Of a stretch of DNA of 64,000 bases, positions 40,660-50,164 are shown one piece after another. The position numbers were made by a program, and so were the translations under genes. The first letter of the stretch is position 1; each line of letters starts with the position of its first letter. The notes beneath the pieces were generated by a model that saw nothing but the letters and a program-made list of their open reading frames with translations, was not told where the DNA came from and ran no database searches. Source of the stretch: an uncultured Gemmatimonadales bacterium (lineage in GTDB: Bacteria; Gemmatimonadota; Gemmatimonadetes; Longimicrobiales; RSA9); the NCBI GenBank assembly GCA_963798085.1, contig CAWCRS010000001.1:128001-192000 (forward strand), written 5' to 3'.

Positions 40660-42190
40660 CAGAAGCCTCCGCCGCCCTTCGTCGTGTCGCCCGGCAGACG
40701 GATCGTCGTCGGGATGTACGGCTGTATCGGCACCAGGCCCCTGAGCAGCTCGCTGTGATTCTCGATCTCGCGGCGCAGGCGGTCCGCATCGTCGTCCGTC
40801 GCCACGATGTACGGCGTGAGGAACAGGAACAACTCGCTGTTGCCCACCGTCTCGCGTGTCGAGCCGAACAGATAACCCAGGATCGGGATGTCCTTGAGCA
40901 GCGGAATGCCGGAACGCGTACGGTCCGTCTGCCGGTCCACCAGCCCGCCGATCACCACGGTCTGCCCGTTGCGCACGAACAGCTGCGTCGTGGCTTCGCG
41001 CGTGCTGATCACGGGCGCGCCGAACTGCAGCTCGCTGGTCGCGTTGCTCACCTGTTGCGCCACCTGCAGGTTGACGTAGCCGTCTTCATTGATGGTAGGC
41101 GTGATGTCGAGCGATGTACCGACATCGCGGTACTGCACGACCTGGCGCAGCGCACCGTTGTCGGTGGGCAGCGACTGCGCCACCTGCACGAAGGGCCGCT
41201 CGGAGCCGACCAGGATGTGCGCCAGCTGGTTGTTCTGCGCCAGCACCACGGGCCGCGAGAGTATGCGGACGTTGCCCGTGGAAGCCAGCGCCGAGAGCGT
41301 CGCGTCCACGTTGATCTCGCCGCTGCGCACGATGTGCAGCGAGAAGTTGTCCGTGGTGTTGTCAGGCGCGCCCGCGTTGTTGAGTGCGCCGCCCGTCGAC
41401 GTGCCATTCGCCGTTGCTGTTGGTGGCGTTGACGGACAGTCCGACATTCAGGTCATTGGTGTGGCGCACCTCGGCGATCACCACCTCGATCACTACCTGC
41501 AGCGGCCGCAGGTCGAGGGACACAATGGCCTGCTGGATGACCTGCCAGTCGGCGGGCGTCGCGCGCACGAGCAGCGAGTTGGTGACTTCGTCGGGCACGA
41601 TGGTGACCGGACCTTCCAGGTCGCCGGCACGGATCTGCGGTACGACGATCTGGTTGGGCTGGTTGGGCAGCCCCGCCTGCTGGCGGATGGCCGACTGCTG
41701 CTCGATGATGCGCAGCTGCTGCGACAGCGTGGCCGCCGCCTGCGCCGCGCTGCCCGTGCGGATCACGCCGCCGCCGAACAGCTGTGACAGCGTGTTAGCC
41801 AGAATCGGCGCGCGGGCGTGGTGCAGCCGGTGGATGTACAGCTGGCGAGGCGTGGCCGCGTCGGTGGTCGCGTTGCCCTGCAGCCGCATGAAGCCATCCG
41901 TCCTGCGTCACGCCCACCCCGTTCGACGCCGCCAGGTCACGGATCAGGTTGGCCACCTGTGCGGCTGAAACCGGCTGCGATGTGCGCAGCGTCACGTTCT
42001 TCGACGGCAGGTCCGTGTACACCACGTTCAGCGAAGCTGCCTGTGCCAGCGCGCTGATCACATAGGACAGGTCCACATCCTGGAAGTTCAGGATGATGCC
42101 CGTTGGCGTCCGGCGTATCGGATTCACCTGCGCCCGCGCGGCGGGTGCGGCGACCAGCAGCAGGAACAGGGCGAGGCACAGACGCTTCAT
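40659..42190 (-). CDS. gspD: T2SS secretin GspD; frameshifts near 41897 and 41410
   Basis: LNFQDVDL, PDEVTNSLLV, LDLRPLQVVIEVVIAEV, QYRDVG, GQTVVIGGL, IPLLKDIPILGYLF, ELFLFLTP. Confidence 0.9.
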
Positions 42191-42201
42191 CGCTACCTCT
42201 C

Positions 42202-43053
42202 TCATGGCTCGTTGGGCGCGCGCGGCTGCGGCGCGCTCAGAGTGTCTGGCCGCGGACGCAGCGGCACGCGACTGTTGCCCTGCCGGCCGGTGGTGCTGCC
42301 GCCACCGCCACCACCCGTGTCGCTGCCACCTCCACCGCGATTGCCTCGCCCGCCAAACCGGCCCTGCAGGCGCTGCATCATGTTCTCAATGACCTGATCC
42401 GGCAGCCCCGTCTCCTTCAGTCGGTCCATCATCTGCTGCTGCGCATCCTGCGGCCCCGCATTGCGGCCGCGTCCGTTTCGTCCGCGCGACGGTCGCTCCG
42501 ATGCATCAGCCACGGTGAGACTGACGGACTGGCCATCGCGCACCATTGTCGCGGTCGTGCCTTCCACGTGATCCAGTATGTAGCCCAGCATCGACTCGCC
42601 CACGGCCAGCACCTGCGGCGTGGCATTGTTCACCTGGATCAGCGCGTTGCCGTTGCCCTCACCCATTTCGACAATGCCCAGCACGCGGAACGGCGGCGGT
42701 GGTGGCAGCTCGGGCTGCTTCGGCTGTTCCCGCGGCATTTCACTGGGCAGCCGATAGGGCTCGGCCCGCCTGCGATCCGGCTGGAACGGGTCGTTATCAA
42801 CCGCGAGGCGCAGCGCATTGGTCGGCAGTGCGCGCTCCGATGGTACGCGCGCGTTCGTGCGCGCCGGCGGCGGCGCCGGCTTTTCCGCAGACGGCGAGGG
42901 CTTCGGAGCCGACTGCGCATCGCCGTTTTCCGCAGCCACCGCGGGCGGCCCATCGAGAGTCAGTGCGCGCGCCAGTGCGCGCCCGAACACGAGCGTCGCC
43001 ACGGCAAGGACTGCCACGGACAGGGCGACGCTTCCCGGTATGCTCTTCTTCAC
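42202..43053 (-). CDS. GspC-like T2SS protein
   Basis: N-terminal TM, Pro-rich linker, DPF motif, FRVLGIV...ALIQ...LAVGE domain; lies immediately before gspD. Confidence 0.65.
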   Translation of the reverse strand: MKKSIPGSVALSVAVLAVATLVFGRALARALTLDGPPAVAAENGDAQSAPKPSPSAEKPAPPPARTNARVPSERALPTNALRLAVDNDPFQPDRRRAEPYRLPSEMPREQPKQPELPPPPPFRVLGIVEMGEGNGNALIQVNNATPQVLAVGESMLGYILDHVEGTTATMVRDGQSVSLTVADASERPSRGRNGRGRNAGPQDAQQQMMDRLKETGLPDQVIENMMQRLQGRFGGRGNRGGGGSDTGGGGGGSTTGRQGNSRVPLRPRPDTLSAPQPRAPNEP

Positions 43054-43760
43054 GAACTCACCTCCGATGGTGAGGCCTTGTGTTCGGGTGCGGATTCCGG
43101 TGGCGCGTACGCCTCCACCAGCACCATGAACTGCATTACGCCCGTAGGCTGAGCGGGCAGTGCGGCGGGCCGCCGTGTGTCGCTCGAAACGCGACTGCTC
43201 TGGCTGCTCGTGCGGCTGCTCTGCGGCCGCGGTTTCTCCAGCACCGGTTCCAGCGACAATTCCAGTGTGCGCACCAGCATCTGCCCTTCCTCGAGCTGGT
43301 GCAGGAACGCGGTCACGCCGTTCAGGTCGCTCTCGCCGCGGATGGCGAGTCGCATGGGCCGCAGACCACCCGGCTTCGCGGCCGAGCGCGGCAGCTGCGC
43401 GTCGCGCATCTCCTGGATCAGCACGTGACTGCGCGTGGCGGTCGACTCGAGGTAGTCACTCAGCGCGGCAGCGGCCAACGGCACGTTAGCGGCGCGCACC
43501 AGGCGCTTGGCGGTGCGCTCCGCCACCTGCTGCGCGCCGCGCAGCTCCTCCGGCAGCGCGCCCGCCTGCGTCAGCAAAGTCTGCTCCCTCGCCAGCAGCC
43601 CGGCCTCGGCGCTCGTGCGCTCCGCAATGCGACCCAGCAGCGCCCGGTAGGGCCTGACTACGCCCATCCAGAGCAGCGCGGGCGCCAGCACGATGAGGCC
43701 CAGCAGGATGGCGCGACGATCGCGCGGCGCCAGCGAGCCGAAACGCAGGCGCCCGCTCAT
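43050..43760 (-). CDS. gspM: GspM/PilO-like inner-membrane platform protein
   Basis: LAPRDRRAILLG plus TM, coiled coil, ferredoxin-like GESDLNGVTAFLHQLE. Confidence 0.75.
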   Translation of the reverse strand: MSGRLRFGSLAPRDRRAILLGLIVLAPALLWMGVVRPYRALLGRIAERTSAEAGLLAREQTLLTQAGALPEELRGAQQVAERTAKRLVRAANVPLAAAALSDYLESTATRSHVLIQEMRDAQLPRSAAKPGGLRPMRLAIRGESDLNGVTAFLHQLEEGQMLVRTLELSLEPVLEKPRPQSSRTSSQSSRVSSDTRRPAALPAQPTGVMQFMVLVEAYAPPESAPEHKASPSEVSS

Positions 43761-45187
43761 CGCGACCCCTTCGCGTCGGCCGGATGCCTCGCCATGGCGG
43801 CCGCATTGCGCAGCGCCAATGCGGTGTGCGCCTCAGGCTCGGCAATGGGCGCCAGCCGCGCGCCCAGGTGGAAGCGCTCCACCGATGTGGTGCCGCCCTC
43901 AATGTCCCGCTCGACATTGCCGATCAGCCGCACATCCGTCAGGCTGCCCGCGCGGCGCAGCGCCTGAATGGATTCACCGGCGCGCGATCCCACCGCATCG
44001 AACAGCAGTGTGTCGCCCTTGGCGTTGAGCGCCGTCACGTGCGTGTCGCCGGGCAGCAGCAGCGCCAGGTCGAACAGCGCACGCGTCCAGCGTGGCGCGC
44101 TGCCTTCCATCGCTGCCACCATGTGACTGGCATCGTTCAGCCGGTTGATGGAATCGCGCATGGCCAGCAGCGGCGCCACCTGATCGCGGATCAGCATGCG
44201 CTGCGCGTGCACCGCTTCCAGCTCGCGCTGCGCACCCCAGAGCTGCACCACTGCGGTGCCGAGGATCAGGAACGCCGCGGCCGCCGCAATGCGAACAGCG
44301 AGTTTGCGCGTGCCCGCGCGCTGCTCCGCAGCCAGCGAAGGCGGCAGCAGTGAAAGCCCGGCCCTCGCCGCACACATGGCCGCGGCCTCGGCGGCGCTGA
44401 CAGGCGAGTTCGCAGGCTCGCGTAGTGTCCACCCGGCAGCCGCGAGCGTGCGGCCAATGCTGCTGCGCGCGGGATCCTCCGCCAGCACAATGGCGCTGCC
44501 CGCCACCGGCCCTGCGGCTTCCACGATCTCGTCCAGCCACGCGGCCGGCACCCGGCGCAGCGCGGTGAGCGAGCCGCCTTCGATGCGCAGCACGTGGGCC
44601 GCATCATCGATCACCGCCACCACCACCTTCGCCTGCCCCGCATCCCGCCTGCCTCCCACCTGCTGCGCCAGACGCAGCCACGCGGCATGCGCCGGCACGA
44701 TGCCGCCCAGCATCCAGCCGGCCGCGGCACGCACCGCCTCGGCCACGGGCACACTGGTGGCGGCGGCGAGCACGGGCGGTGACGCCGAACCGAACGCCAT
44801 CTGCCCGCGACTCTGGCGGTTCAGCGACACCGCCACGACGCGTGCTTCGTTGCTGCCCACGAAATGGCGGGCGGCATCGCGACGGATCACGGCTTCGGCT
44901 TCCGCCGCGCGCAGGCGGGGCAGCGGCACAAGCCGGGTATCGCCGAGCGGCGGCAGCAGCGCCACGTGCACGCGCGCGCTCTTCGCCTGTCGGCCCAGCG
45001 CGGCCGCCAGCTGATCGGCCAGGCCCTTGAACGCCGCCGCGATGGCGGGCGAGGGGTCTTCCCCTTCAGGCAGATGCAGGCGCACGGTCGCGCGCAGTGT
45101 GGCGCCGCCCGCCCGCGCCACCGCCGTGGCCTGGGTCGCGCCCAGCGCCACGCCGATGTGCAGCCGGCCCGCCGGTCGCACGCTCAC
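43757..45187 (-). CDS. gspL: GspL/PilN-like protein
   Basis: Cytoplasmic actin-like N-domain, LLP motif, TM, coiled coil, LALLLPGDTHV PilN-like domain; operon position. Confidence 0.7.
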   Translation of the reverse strand: MSVRPAGRLHIGVALGATQATAVARAGGATLRATVRLHLPEGEDPSPAIAAAFKGLADQLAAALGRQAKSARVHVALLPPLGDTRLVPLPRLRAAEAEAVIRRDAARHFVGSNEARVVAVSLNRQSRGQMAFGSASPPVLAAATSVPVAEAVRAAAGWMLGGIVPAHAAWLRLAQQVGGRRDAGQAKVVVAVIDDAAHVLRIEGGSLTALRRVPAAWLDEIVEAAGPVAGSAIVLAEDPARSSIGRTLAAAGWTLREPANSPVSAAEAAAMCAARAGLSLLPPSLAAEQRAGTRKLAVRIAAAAAFLILGTAVVQLWGAQRELEAVHAQRMLIRDQVAPLLAMRDSINRLNDASHMVAAMEGSAPRWTRALFDLALLLPGDTHVTALNAKGDTLLFDAVGSRAGESIQALRRAGSLTDVRLIGNVERDIEGGTTSVERFHLGARLAPIAEPEAHTALALRNAAAMARHPADAKGSR

Positions 45188-45221
45188 CGCGACCTCTCCC
45201 GGATTTCTGTCCTCATGTTAC

Positions 45222-46250
45222 TCAATCCACCTGGCGCCAGATGACGGCGGCGCCCGCAGTCGTGCGCGTCACCACTACGGTGGCCTGCACGTGCACGGGT
45301 CCGCCATCCACCCGACCATCGGCCAGGATCTCGACTTCGTTGGTGGCGAACGTCGTGCTGCGGTTGAACGCCTGCAGGTTCGCCTGGATGTCCGCGGCCT
45401 CGGCGGCCGGCAGCATCTGCCGCAGCTCCGTCGAGCTGCGTGGATAGGTACCGGAATCGCGCAGCTGCATGATGGTCGCAGCCGTGGCCGGTGTCATGCC
45501 GGGCAGCGCCTCGAGCACCGGCTCGGGCGCCGCGTTCACGTTGATGATGCCCGAGCCGATCAACGTCACGTAGGGCCGGATCGCGGCAAAGAGCTCCGGC
45601 GTCATGCCCATGACGTAGCGCAGCTCGTCGATTTCCGCAAAGTCGCGGTTAGGCGGCAGCATGGGCATGTCGGCCTTGATGTACTGCTCGCGCTCCGCAC
45701 CGCCTTCGCTGGGCAGGTCATCCTCATCGCGCCAGTCCATGATGGCCTGCGCCAGATGGTCCGCCTGCGAAAAGTCCACGTGCATGCCGTCGGCGAAGAA
45801 CTGCCGCAGCATGTCCTCGTCCGCGTAGTTCAGATTCAGCGCGGCACCCGTATCGCGCAGGCGCAGCGTATAGCGCGCGTCGCCAAACGCCATGTCAGGA
45901 TCCACCAGCTCGTCCGGCTCCCGCCACGGATCCACCGACGGGTCCGAATTGCTGAACAGGCTGCGCAGACTCTGGTTCAATGCCTGGCGCTGCTGCTGCG
46001 TCGTGCGCGCCCGGCTCAGGGCATCGGCGCGCAGCTGGCTGGCGCGGTCCAGCATGGCCGCGGTCAGGCGCGAACGCGCGTACTCCGTGCCGGCGATCGC
46101 CGCGGCCCTCGCCCTCGTCGCATCGATCACATTGGCCGATGCCAGCCGCCGAGTCCGTGCGCGCAACGCCGCATCCAGCCCCACTGCGGACAGCGCAACC
46201 AGCAGCCAGAGCGCAGCCAGCAGTACGAACCCCGCGCGTCGCGCTCTCAT
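45222..46250 (-). CDS. gspK: Minor pseudopilin GspK
   Basis: RRAG-FVLLAALW, LNLNYA, AIMDWRDED, ELRYVMGM, INVNAAPEPVLEALPG. Confidence 0.9.
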   Translation of the reverse strand: MRARRAGFVLLAALWLLVALSAVGLDAALRARTRRLASANVIDATRARAAAIAGTEYARSRLTAAMLDRASQLRADALSRARTTQQQRQALNQSLRSLFSNSDPSVDPWREPDELVDPDMAFGDARYTLRLRDTGAALNLNYADEDMLRQFFADGMHVDFSQADHLAQAIMDWRDEDDLPSEGGAEREQYIKADMPMLPPNRDFAEIDELRYVMGMTPELFAAIRPYVTLIGSGIINVNAAPEPVLEALPGMTPATAATIMQLRDSGTYPRSSTELRQMLPAAEAADIQANLQAFNRSTTFATNEVEILADGRVDGGPVHVQATVVVTRTTAGAAVIWRQVD

Positions 46251-46942
46251 CGCAGTGTCGCCAGCGTGACGCGTATCGGATAGCGCAGCAGCAGCGGCAG
46301 CGAATCCCCGGCTGCCGGTGTGAGCGTCAGCTCCACCGCGCGCGGCAGCGCATTCTGTCCCTCCCAGCTTTCTTCCCATTCAAGGGTCTGCGCCACGTCC
46401 GGCAGATAGCGGATCTCGAGGCCCGCAGCCTGCGGCACCAGTTCGACCCGGCGAGGATCGTCCTGCTCGCGCTGCTTCAGCTCCGCCACGAGGCCGTACT
46501 CGGGCGTGTCCGGGTCTGTGTCTATGTACAACCGCACCATCGAGTTCCTGACGTGCAGCGGGGTCACCGCCGTCGTCGGAAAATCCAGCTCGTCGCTGGT
46601 GAGTCCCTGGTCTTCTCCATTGACGCCCTGAAACCCGCCCCCGTTATTCGGCGCCTGCAGCCGTGCATTCGAGACCCAGTCGACCAGCAGCTCCCTCGCC
46701 GTTGCGCCACTCAGTGCGACCTGTGCGTCCGCCTCCGCCGCGCTGCTGCGATCCCCGATGAAGGACAGCGCTGCAAAGCCTGCGGTCAGCGCCAGCGATG
46801 CGACTGCGAGGCCCACGAGCACCTCGAGCAGCGTGAACCCTCGCCTGGGCCGCGTCACTGTCTGCCTCGCCCGCATCACTTTCTGCCTCGCCCGCATTAC
46901 TCCATGCCTCGCCCGCATCACTGGCTGACCCGCCCGCATCAC
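46247..46942 (-). CDS. gspJ: Minor pseudopilin GspJ with repeat-extended leader
   Basis: RRG-FTLLEVLV prepilin motif, LPRAVEL C-terminal motif. Confidence 0.85.
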   Translation of the reverse strand: MMRAGQPVMRARHGVMRARQKVMRARQTVTRPRRGFTLLEVLVGLAVASLALTAGFAALSFIGDRSSAAEADAQVALSGATARELLVDWVSNARLQAPNNGGGFQGVNGEDQGLTSDELDFPTTAVTPLHVRNSMVRLYIDTDPDTPEYGLVAELKQREQDDPRRVELVPQAAGLEIRYLPDVAQTLEWEESWEGQNALPRAVELTLTPAAGDSLPLLLRYPIRVTLATLR

Positions 46943-46946
46943 TGCC
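46842..46946. repeat. 21-bp tandem repeat (four good copies and one degenerate)
   Basis: Units such as TGCCTCGCCCGCATCACTTTC at 46863, 46884, 46905 and 46926; encode MRAxxxV. Confidence 0.9.
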
Positions 46947-47430
46947 CGCCTCTGCCGGTGGGAGCAGGCGAACTACCTGGCCCGGTCGACCCGGTGGGCG
47001 TATTTGGCGAACCACCTCGCCCATCCGGCTGCGTCGTTTCCGTCGTGGGTCGGGGCACGTGGATCAGCGTTTCCAGTGGGAACGTCTCGCCGCGGCCGGC
47101 GATTGTGACCTGGGCGCCGAACAGGTCGTATTCTCCCTTGATCGAGTCGACCTGCGCCGTCCATGTGAATTCGTCGAATGGCGGCGGGAACGCACCCGTC
47201 GCGAGGGAATCGGGCAGCTTGCGCAGGTCGTCGTAGCTGAGGAGGCGCAGCGCGCCAATGCGGTCGCCGGCCAGCGCCTGCTCGGTCAGCAGCACTTTGG
47301 CCTTGCTGGCCGCGCGCAGCTGTGTGCCTGTGGCCTGCAGCAGTGCCAGTCCGACCAGCGAGAGGATGGCCAGCGCTACCACCGCCTCGATCAGCACGAA
47401 GCCGCGGCGCCGCTCAGCGTACCACAACAT
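46939..47430 (-). CDS. gspI: Minor pseudopilin GspI
   Basis: RRG-FVLIEAVVALAIL; position between H and J. Confidence 0.82.
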   Translation of the reverse strand: MLWYAERRRGFVLIEAVVALAILSLVGLALLQATGTQLRAASKAKVLLTEQALAGDRIGALRLLSYDDLRKLPDSLATGAFPPPFDEFTWTAQVDSIKGEYDLFGAQVTIAGRGETFPLETLIHVPRPTTETTQPDGRGGSPNTPTGSTGPGSSPAPTGRGGQ

Positions 47431-47968
47431 CGCCGGTCCAGGGATCGAGTGTGATCAGGCGAGTGCCGGCCGCGCCCTTGAGCACGAGCGAATCGGCGAA
47501 CGCGGCGCCCGTGGGCGCGAACGTGAAGCGCGCGCGCGCGGCGCTCAATTCCAGGCGTACACTGACAGGCAGATCGAGAGACGAACCCGCGTCCGCCGTG
47601 TCGCCTGCGCTCTTCATGCGCATGGAGGAAGCCGACAGACTGAAACCGCGACCCACGCCCATGCTGCCGTGCGCGGTGGTTGCCGTGGAATCGGTGAGTG
47701 AAACGGGCAGCTTCGCATTCAGCCAGACATTCGAGCTGACGGAGTCGATGAGCACGGTGACCGGCTGGCCGCCGTGGATCGCGGAATCCCGGGCCAGCTG
47801 GAAAAGCGCCTGTACGCGACCGGTGGCCTGCGTGAGGTCGTCTTCTTCGACCAGCCTGCGGAACGCGGGCACGGCCACCGCCGCCATGAGCGCCAGGATG
47901 CCCAGCACCACGATCATCTCGATCAGGGTGAAGCCCGGGCGCGCTAACGCGGTGTTGCGGGTGCTCAT
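47414..47968 (-). CDS. gspH: Minor pseudopilin GspH
   Basis: PG-FTLIEMIVVL, ARDSAI, FAPTG, LDPWTG. Confidence 0.82.
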   Translation of the reverse strand: MSTRNTALARPGFTLIEMIVVLGILALMAAVAVPAFRRLVEEDDLTQATGRVQALFQLARDSAIHGGQPVTVLIDSVSSNVWLNAKLPVSLTDSTATTAHGSMGVGRGFSLSASSMRMKSAGDTADAGSSLDLPVSVRLELSAARARFTFAPTGAAFADSLVLKGAAGTRLITLDPWTGDVVVR

Positions 47969-49167
47969 CGGAAGGAACTGGCGTTGACGCCGTAGATGGC
48001 CTGCAGCAGCGCCAGTGCGACCAGCGCCACGAGACCGCCGAACATCACGATCATGGCCGGCTCCGCGAGGGCCACCAGCCGCTCCACCGCGCGCTCGGTG
48101 CGGCGCTCCAGCATGTCCGCCGCCTTCAGGAGAAAGTCTGCGAGGCGACCGGCTTCTTCACCGAGTGCCACGAGCTGCGGCAGCACGGCGGGGAAGAGCG
48201 AGCGCTCCGCGATCGCGGCATTGAGCGAGCTGCCCTCGCGCACGCGTGTACGCACGCGTTCCGCTTCACTGCGGGCGACCGGGTCGGTCATGCAGTCGCG
48301 GGCATCGGCCAGCGCCGCCAGCACGGGTGCGCCGCCCGACAGCAGCTCACCCACCATGCGCGCGAACGCGGCCGCCAGCGTCTGCCGGCGCCAGCTGCCC
48401 ACCAGCGGCACCCTTATCAGCGTGTTAGCCGCGACCAGCCGCCCGCTCTGCGTCGTGCGCAGCCACGCCGCCAGCACCACGATCGCGGGCGGGATCGCCA
48501 GCAGCAGCCGCCACTGTTCGCGCGCGCGGTTCGCCACGCCCAGCATGAGCGATGTGGACCAGGGCAGCGCGGTCCCGGAATTGAGCAGCAGGTCGGCAAA
48601 GCGGGGCAGCACGAACAGCACGAGCACGCAGACCGCAGCCACGCCGACCATGGCGAGGAGTGCGGGATAGATGGACATCGAGACCAGCTTGGAGCGCAGC
48701 TCATGCTCGCGCTCGAGGTGCTGCGCCAGGCGGCTGAACGCCGCATCCAGCGCACCGCTCTTCTCACCCGCGCGCACCACGCCGACGTAGAGCGGCGAGA
48801 AGAGTCGGGGATACTCGGCCAGCGCCGCCGCCAGCTCATCGCCGCGCTCGACGCGCATGCGCAGCGCATCCAGCGTGGGCCGCAGCGAGCCCGGCGCTGC
48901 GGCCGCGCCCGCGGCCAGGGCGCGGGCCAGCGGCATGCCCGCGGGCAGCAGTGCTGCGACCGCACGCGTGAACTCGAGCACGCCCTGGCGCCGCCCCAAC
49001 CCGAAACCGCCCGATTGCGTCCGGCCGGCTGCCGATTCCAGGACTTCCAGCGCCAGCAGGCCGCGCGTTTCCAGCTCGCGCGTTACCGCCGCCGCCGTGG
49101 CGCCTCCCAGCTGGCCGCGCGACCGGCGACCGGCCGCATCAACCGCTCGATAGGCAAAGACCGGCAC
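47965..49167 (-). CDS. gspF: T2SS inner-membrane protein GspF
   Basis: MPVFAYRAVD, AGEKSGAL, SIYPALL, GEEAGRL, LAEPAMI. Confidence 0.93.
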   Translation of the reverse strand: MPVFAYRAVDAAGRRSRGQLGGATAAAVTRELETRGLLALEVLESAAGRTQSGGFGLGRRQGVLEFTRAVAALLPAGMPLARALAAGAAAAPGSLRPTLDALRMRVERGDELAAALAEYPRLFSPLYVGVVRAGEKSGALDAAFSRLAQHLEREHELRSKLVSMSIYPALLAMVGVAAVCVLVLFVLPRFADLLLNSGTALPWSTSLMLGVANRAREQWRLLLAIPPAIVVLAAWLRTTQSGRLVAANTLIRVPLVGSWRRQTLAAAFARMVGELLSGGAPVLAALADARDCMTDPVARSEAERVRTRVREGSSLNAAIAERSLFPAVLPQLVALGEEAGRLADFLLKAADMLERRTERAVERLVALAEPAMIVMFGGLVALVALALLQAIYGVNASSFR

Positions 49168-49176
49168 GTTCCCCTT

Positions 49177-49629
49177 CTAATTCGAGATATCCGCGTCTTC
49201 GCCTTCGCCGCCCACCACGCCGTCAGCGCCATACGAGAGCAGGTCGAAACCCCAGGTGTGCGCTTCGCCCGGACTCGTGTACACATAGGCGTTACCCCAC
49301 GGATCCTTCGGCACCTGCTTGCGCAGGTACGGCCCCTTCCAGTTGTTGGGCCGCGGGTCCGTGGTCGGCTCTTCCCAGAGCGCTTCCAGACCCTGCTCCG
49401 TCGTGGGATAGCGACCATTGTCCAGGCGATACGCGTCCAGCGCCGAGCCCAGCATCTCGATCTGCGATTTCGCCGTCGCATCCTTCGCCGTAGCCACGTG
49501 CCGGAACACATTCGGCGCCACCAGTGCCGCCAGCAGCGAAATCACCGTGATCACCACGAGGATCTCGATGAGCGTGAAGCCCTCACGCGAGCGAACGCGG
49601 CGAGCCCGTCCCGTCTGCGAGCCATTCAT
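49177..49629 (-). CDS. gspG: Major pseudopilin GspG
   Basis: EG-FTLIEILVV, YRLDNGRYPTTEQGLEAL, WKGPYL, PKDPWG, SYGADG. Confidence 0.95.
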   Translation of the reverse strand: MNGSQTGRARRVRSREGFTLIEILVVITVISLLAALVAPNVFRHVATAKDATAKSQIEMLGSALDAYRLDNGRYPTTEQGLEALWEEPTTDPRPNNWKGPYLRKQVPKDPWGNAYVYTSPGEAHTWGFDLLSYGADGVVGGEGEDADISN

Positions 49630-49829
49630 GATCCTGCCACCTGCTTCGGTAGGAGTACGAGGGTGAAGAGGCCAACTACATCCTAAGTCGAGACGCGCAC
49701 GCCTGCAAAAGTGTTTGATGCTCGGGGGAAACGCGAGGTTGCACGGTGGGGGCTGCGCCCCTGTTTCTGGGGCTGGGTGTTCGGGTTACTCGTGGTGCTG
49801 CGCACATCGTCGGCATCATCGTCGGGCCG

Positions 49830-50090
49830 GGCATCAACGGATCAGTTTCACACAGAGTCATCGGTGGATCGGAGGGGTGAGGTCCGAAGCACCGGGGTTT
49901 TCCTCAGCTCATCGCCGGGCTGGCATTAACGACAGTTTCACACAGAGTCATCAGTGGTTCGGAGGGGTGCGGTCGGTAGCGCTCAGGCCATCCTGCGCAT
50001 CATCGCTCACGGGCATCAATGGAGCAGTGTCACTCAGAACGCCCCTCCGTTGCCACTGCGTCCACTGTGTGAGAACAATCTGTTAATGCC
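49830..50090. repeat. REP/BIME-like cluster: two direct copies, one partial copy, one inverted copy
   Basis: GGCATYAAC..CAGTTTCACACAGAGTCATC.GTGG..CGGAGGGG at 49830 and 49922, partial at 50012, inverted at 50042-50090. Confidence 0.8.
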
Positions 50091-50164
50091 TGAGGAATGC
50101 GCCCGCGTCCTCCTCCCGGGCTGGAGCCCCTCGCTCGGCCTGGCCCCCACCCACCTCCGCCCCC

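Noticed and set aside
42290..42345. GCCACC/CCACC low-complexity run
   Set aside because: Encodes the Gly-rich tail of the GspC-like protein; not a separate element
49830..50090. Possible CRISPR array
   Set aside because: Only two or three degenerate long units plus an inverted copy, spacers resemble each other, and no cas genes are present
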